Assembly: GCA_964547655.1 (NCBI GenBank)
Contig: CAZJOS010000001.1
Coordinates: 10,886 to 51,229 of the forward strand
Length of the DNA: 40,344 nt
Direction of reading: 5' to 3'
From: an uncultured Christensenellaceae bacterium
Lineage (GTDB): Bacteria > Bacillota > Clostridia > Christensenellales > SZUA-584
In this document: piece by piece, positions 38,743 through 40,344 of the stretch
How the letters are laid out: every line of letters begins with the position of its first letter
Numbering within the stretch: the first letter of the stretch is position 1
Program-made: the position numbers and the translations under genes
Notes under the pieces: generated by a model
The model's input: only the letters and a program-made list of their open reading frames with translations
Databases searched by the model: none
Told to the model about the DNA's origin: nothing

Positions 38743-39786
38743 TTAATTTTTATCCGTCTCTAAAAAATTAGCCAGTATGCTGTTTAAACTTTTGCCTACG
38801 TATCCCAGTATCGAAACTATCTTCGAATAATCCATTCTTGTCGGGCCTATAACGCCGAACGAACCCAGCGTTTTGCCTCCTATCTTGTAAGTTGCCGTAA
38901 CAACGCTCATATCATAAAGCTCTTCGGCTTCGTTTTCCTGGCCTATGGTCACTGAAAACTCAAAACTCGTGGCCTTTTTCATCATGTCGTAGAGCATGTC
39001 TTTCGTTTCAAGAAGCGCAAGGAAGTTCTTCGTCTTCTCCACGCTCATATAGCCCGGGAAATCTATTATGTTTTCCGTACCGCCGAGCACGATGCCTTTT
39101 TCGCCCTGGGGCTCTACGCTTAAGTCAATGGCGTTTATTATGTCGCCGACGAATTCGCCATTATTGCATATTTTTTCGCGCAGGCATAACGAGAGGTCGC
39201 TTTCGGCTTCTTCGAGAGTTTTTCCCGAAAGCTTATCCGTCAGCAGATTAGACAGCATTTCTATGTCGCTTATGGTAATTCCCTCAGGTATGGAGATAAC
39301 CGTATCGTTAACGAGCCCCGCGTCGGTAACGAGCAGCAATATCGCTTTACGCTCGGTAAGCTTTACGAGCTGTATGCGACGCAATACCGATTTTTTAAGC
39401 TGCGGGCGCAGCACCATGGAAATATGGTGCGTCGTGTCCGAAAGCACCTTTGCGGCCTTTTCTATAACCTGCTCTACTTCGGCCATCTTCTCCTGAAAAT
39501 AGCTTTTGATCCTGTTTGCCTCGGCCTCGTTGAGCTTCGCGACTTTCATCAGCCTGTCAACATAAAACCTGTACGCCTTTTGAGAGGGCACACGACCAGC
39601 AGACGTATGAGGCTGTTCCAGAAACCCAAGCTCTTCAAGATCGGCCATTTCGTTTCTTATGGTGGCCGAACTTAAATCTATGCCGTGATTTTTTGAGATA
39701 GTTCTGGAACCTATAGGCAGCCCGGTCAATATATAATCGTCGACAACGGCCTTGAGTATTCCGAGCTTCCTTTCATTAAGATCCAT
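38743..39786 (-). CDS. hrcA: heat-inducible transcription repressor HrcA
   Basis: The N-terminal winged helix (MDLNERKLGILKAVVDDYILTGLPIGSRTIS) is present, and a CIRCE element lies upstream. Confidence 0.95.
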   Translation of the reverse strand: MDLNERKLGILKAVVDDYILTGLPIGSRTISKNHGIDLSSATIRNEMADLEELGFLEQPHTSAGRVPSQKAYRFYVDRLMKVAKLNEAEANRIKSYFQEKMAEVEQVIEKAAKVLSDTTHHISMVLRPQLKKSVLRRIQLVKLTERKAILLLVTDAGLVNDTVISIPEGITISDIEMLSNLLTDKLSGKTLEEAESDLSLCLREKICNNGEFVGDIINAIDLSVEPQGEKGIVLGGTENIIDFPGYMSVEKTKNFLALLETKDMLYDMMKKATSFEFSVTIGQENEAEELYDMSVVTATYKIGGKTLGSFGVIGPTRMDYSKIVSILGYVGKSLNSILANFLETDKN

Positions 39787-39864
39787 GTTAACCCCCTGTT
39801 TGGAACCACCGATCTATCCGGTACGACAATCCAATACACCTCTTTTGATCAGTTATTCCCGTTA

Positions 39865-39891
39865 TTAGCACTCAATCGAAGTGAGTGCTAA
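39865..39891. promoter_or_regulatory. CIRCE operator (HrcA binding site)
   Basis: TTAGCACTC-aatcgaagt-GAGTGCTAA is a perfect match to the CIRCE consensus TTAGCACTC-N9-GAGTGCTAA. Confidence 0.95.
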
Positions 39892-39903
39892 TATCATGGT
39901 ATA

Positions 39904-39932
39904 AAAATAACACTTTTTAACTTCAAAGTCAA
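39904..39932 (-). promoter_or_regulatory. putative sigma-A promoter of the hrcA-dnaK operon
   Basis: On the minus strand the sequence is TTGACT (39932-39927), a 17-nt spacer, then TATTTT (39909-39904). CIRCE begins 12 nt downstream. Confidence 0.5.
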
Positions 39933-39948
39933 TACTGTTATTGCTAAT

Positions 39949-40344
39949 TCATATTATTTTCATAAATTCCGTGATAAGGGCGTTTTGCAGATCGAACCCC
40001 TTTAACGTAGGATATATACCGTATTCGTCCTGCGTTATAAGACCGTTGCTGATTGAAAATGAGATCGGCTCTTTAAATATTTTTAGAAGATCAGCTCCGA
40101 AGCGCCGGTAATAATCGCTAAACGATATGCCCCGCTTAAGGCGGAGCCTGAGCATCAGGTACTCTGTTAACACGTCCTGAGCGGATAGTTTACATATTTC
40201 ATCTGCCGACCTTATGCCGCTGCTTACAGCTCGCATATATCCGGAAAGATCTTCAGTATTATTGAAGCGTATTATTGATTTATCTTCTATATACGAATGT
40301 GCGGCGATCCCGAGCCCGAGGTACTCCTCGCCCAGCCAATACTT
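39949..40344 (-). CDS. hemW: radical SAM heme chaperone HemW / HemN-like protein, C-terminal 131 codons (5' end beyond window)
   Basis: The frame is open to the window edge. My translation reads KYWLGEEYLGLGIAAHSYIED.. followed by a HemN_C-like tail. The position upstream of hrcA matches B. subtilis. Confidence 0.8.
   Translation of the reverse strand, partial: KYWLGEEYLGLGIAAHSYIEDKSIIRFNNTEDLSGYMRAVSSGIRSADEICKLSAQDVLTEYLMLRLRLKRGISFSDYYRRFGADLLKIFKEPISFSISNGLITQDEYGIYPTLKGFDLQNALITEFMKII

Overview
This 40.3-kb window is a conserved housekeeping segment of a Bacillota chromosome, probably from a Clostridia-like endospore former. I call 41 protein-coding genes, and 39 of them are on the minus strand; only rpmB and a Y-family polymerase gene are on the plus strand. 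Reading along the minus strand, from high to low coordinates, the blocks are as follows. (1) hemW (partial), then the CIRCE-controlled hrcA-grpE-dnaK-dnaJ-prmA-mtaB-hinT block. (2) A divergent, SOS-box-controlled Y-family polymerase gene. (3) A tightly coupled galU-ahcY-mtaD-lipoprotein-gatCAB-(AIR-synthase-like) string. (4) The Bacillus subtilis 'ylo' cluster in its classical order: yloC-remA-gmk-rpoZ-coaBC-priA-def-fmt-rsmB-rlmN-prpC-prkC-rsgA-rpe-thiN, followed by two sub-60-codon ORFs missed by the ORF track, one of which I identify as spoVM. (5) Convergent rpmB. (6) asp23/yloU-yloV(fakA-like)-recG. (7) hisZ-hisG-hisD (partial). I found no rRNA, tRNA, CRISPR array, transposase, integrase, phage gene or recognisable defence gene, and I do not see a clearly novel multi-gene system here. 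The points worth a second look are modest. They are the hidden spoVM and its small membrane-protein neighbour, a 42-bp perfect palindrome on the his promoter, an uncharacterised lipoprotein and a PurM-superfamily protein embedded in or coupled to the gatCAB operon, the ahcY-mtaD coupling, a GC-rich SOS-regulated polymerase gene, and competing hairpins in the dnaK-dnaJ spacer. All product calls come from reading the translations for family motifs and from remembered synteny; no database search was possible. Several ORF-track starts are non-ATG N-terminal extensions, and I trimmed them where an SD plus start codon and family N-termini supported it.
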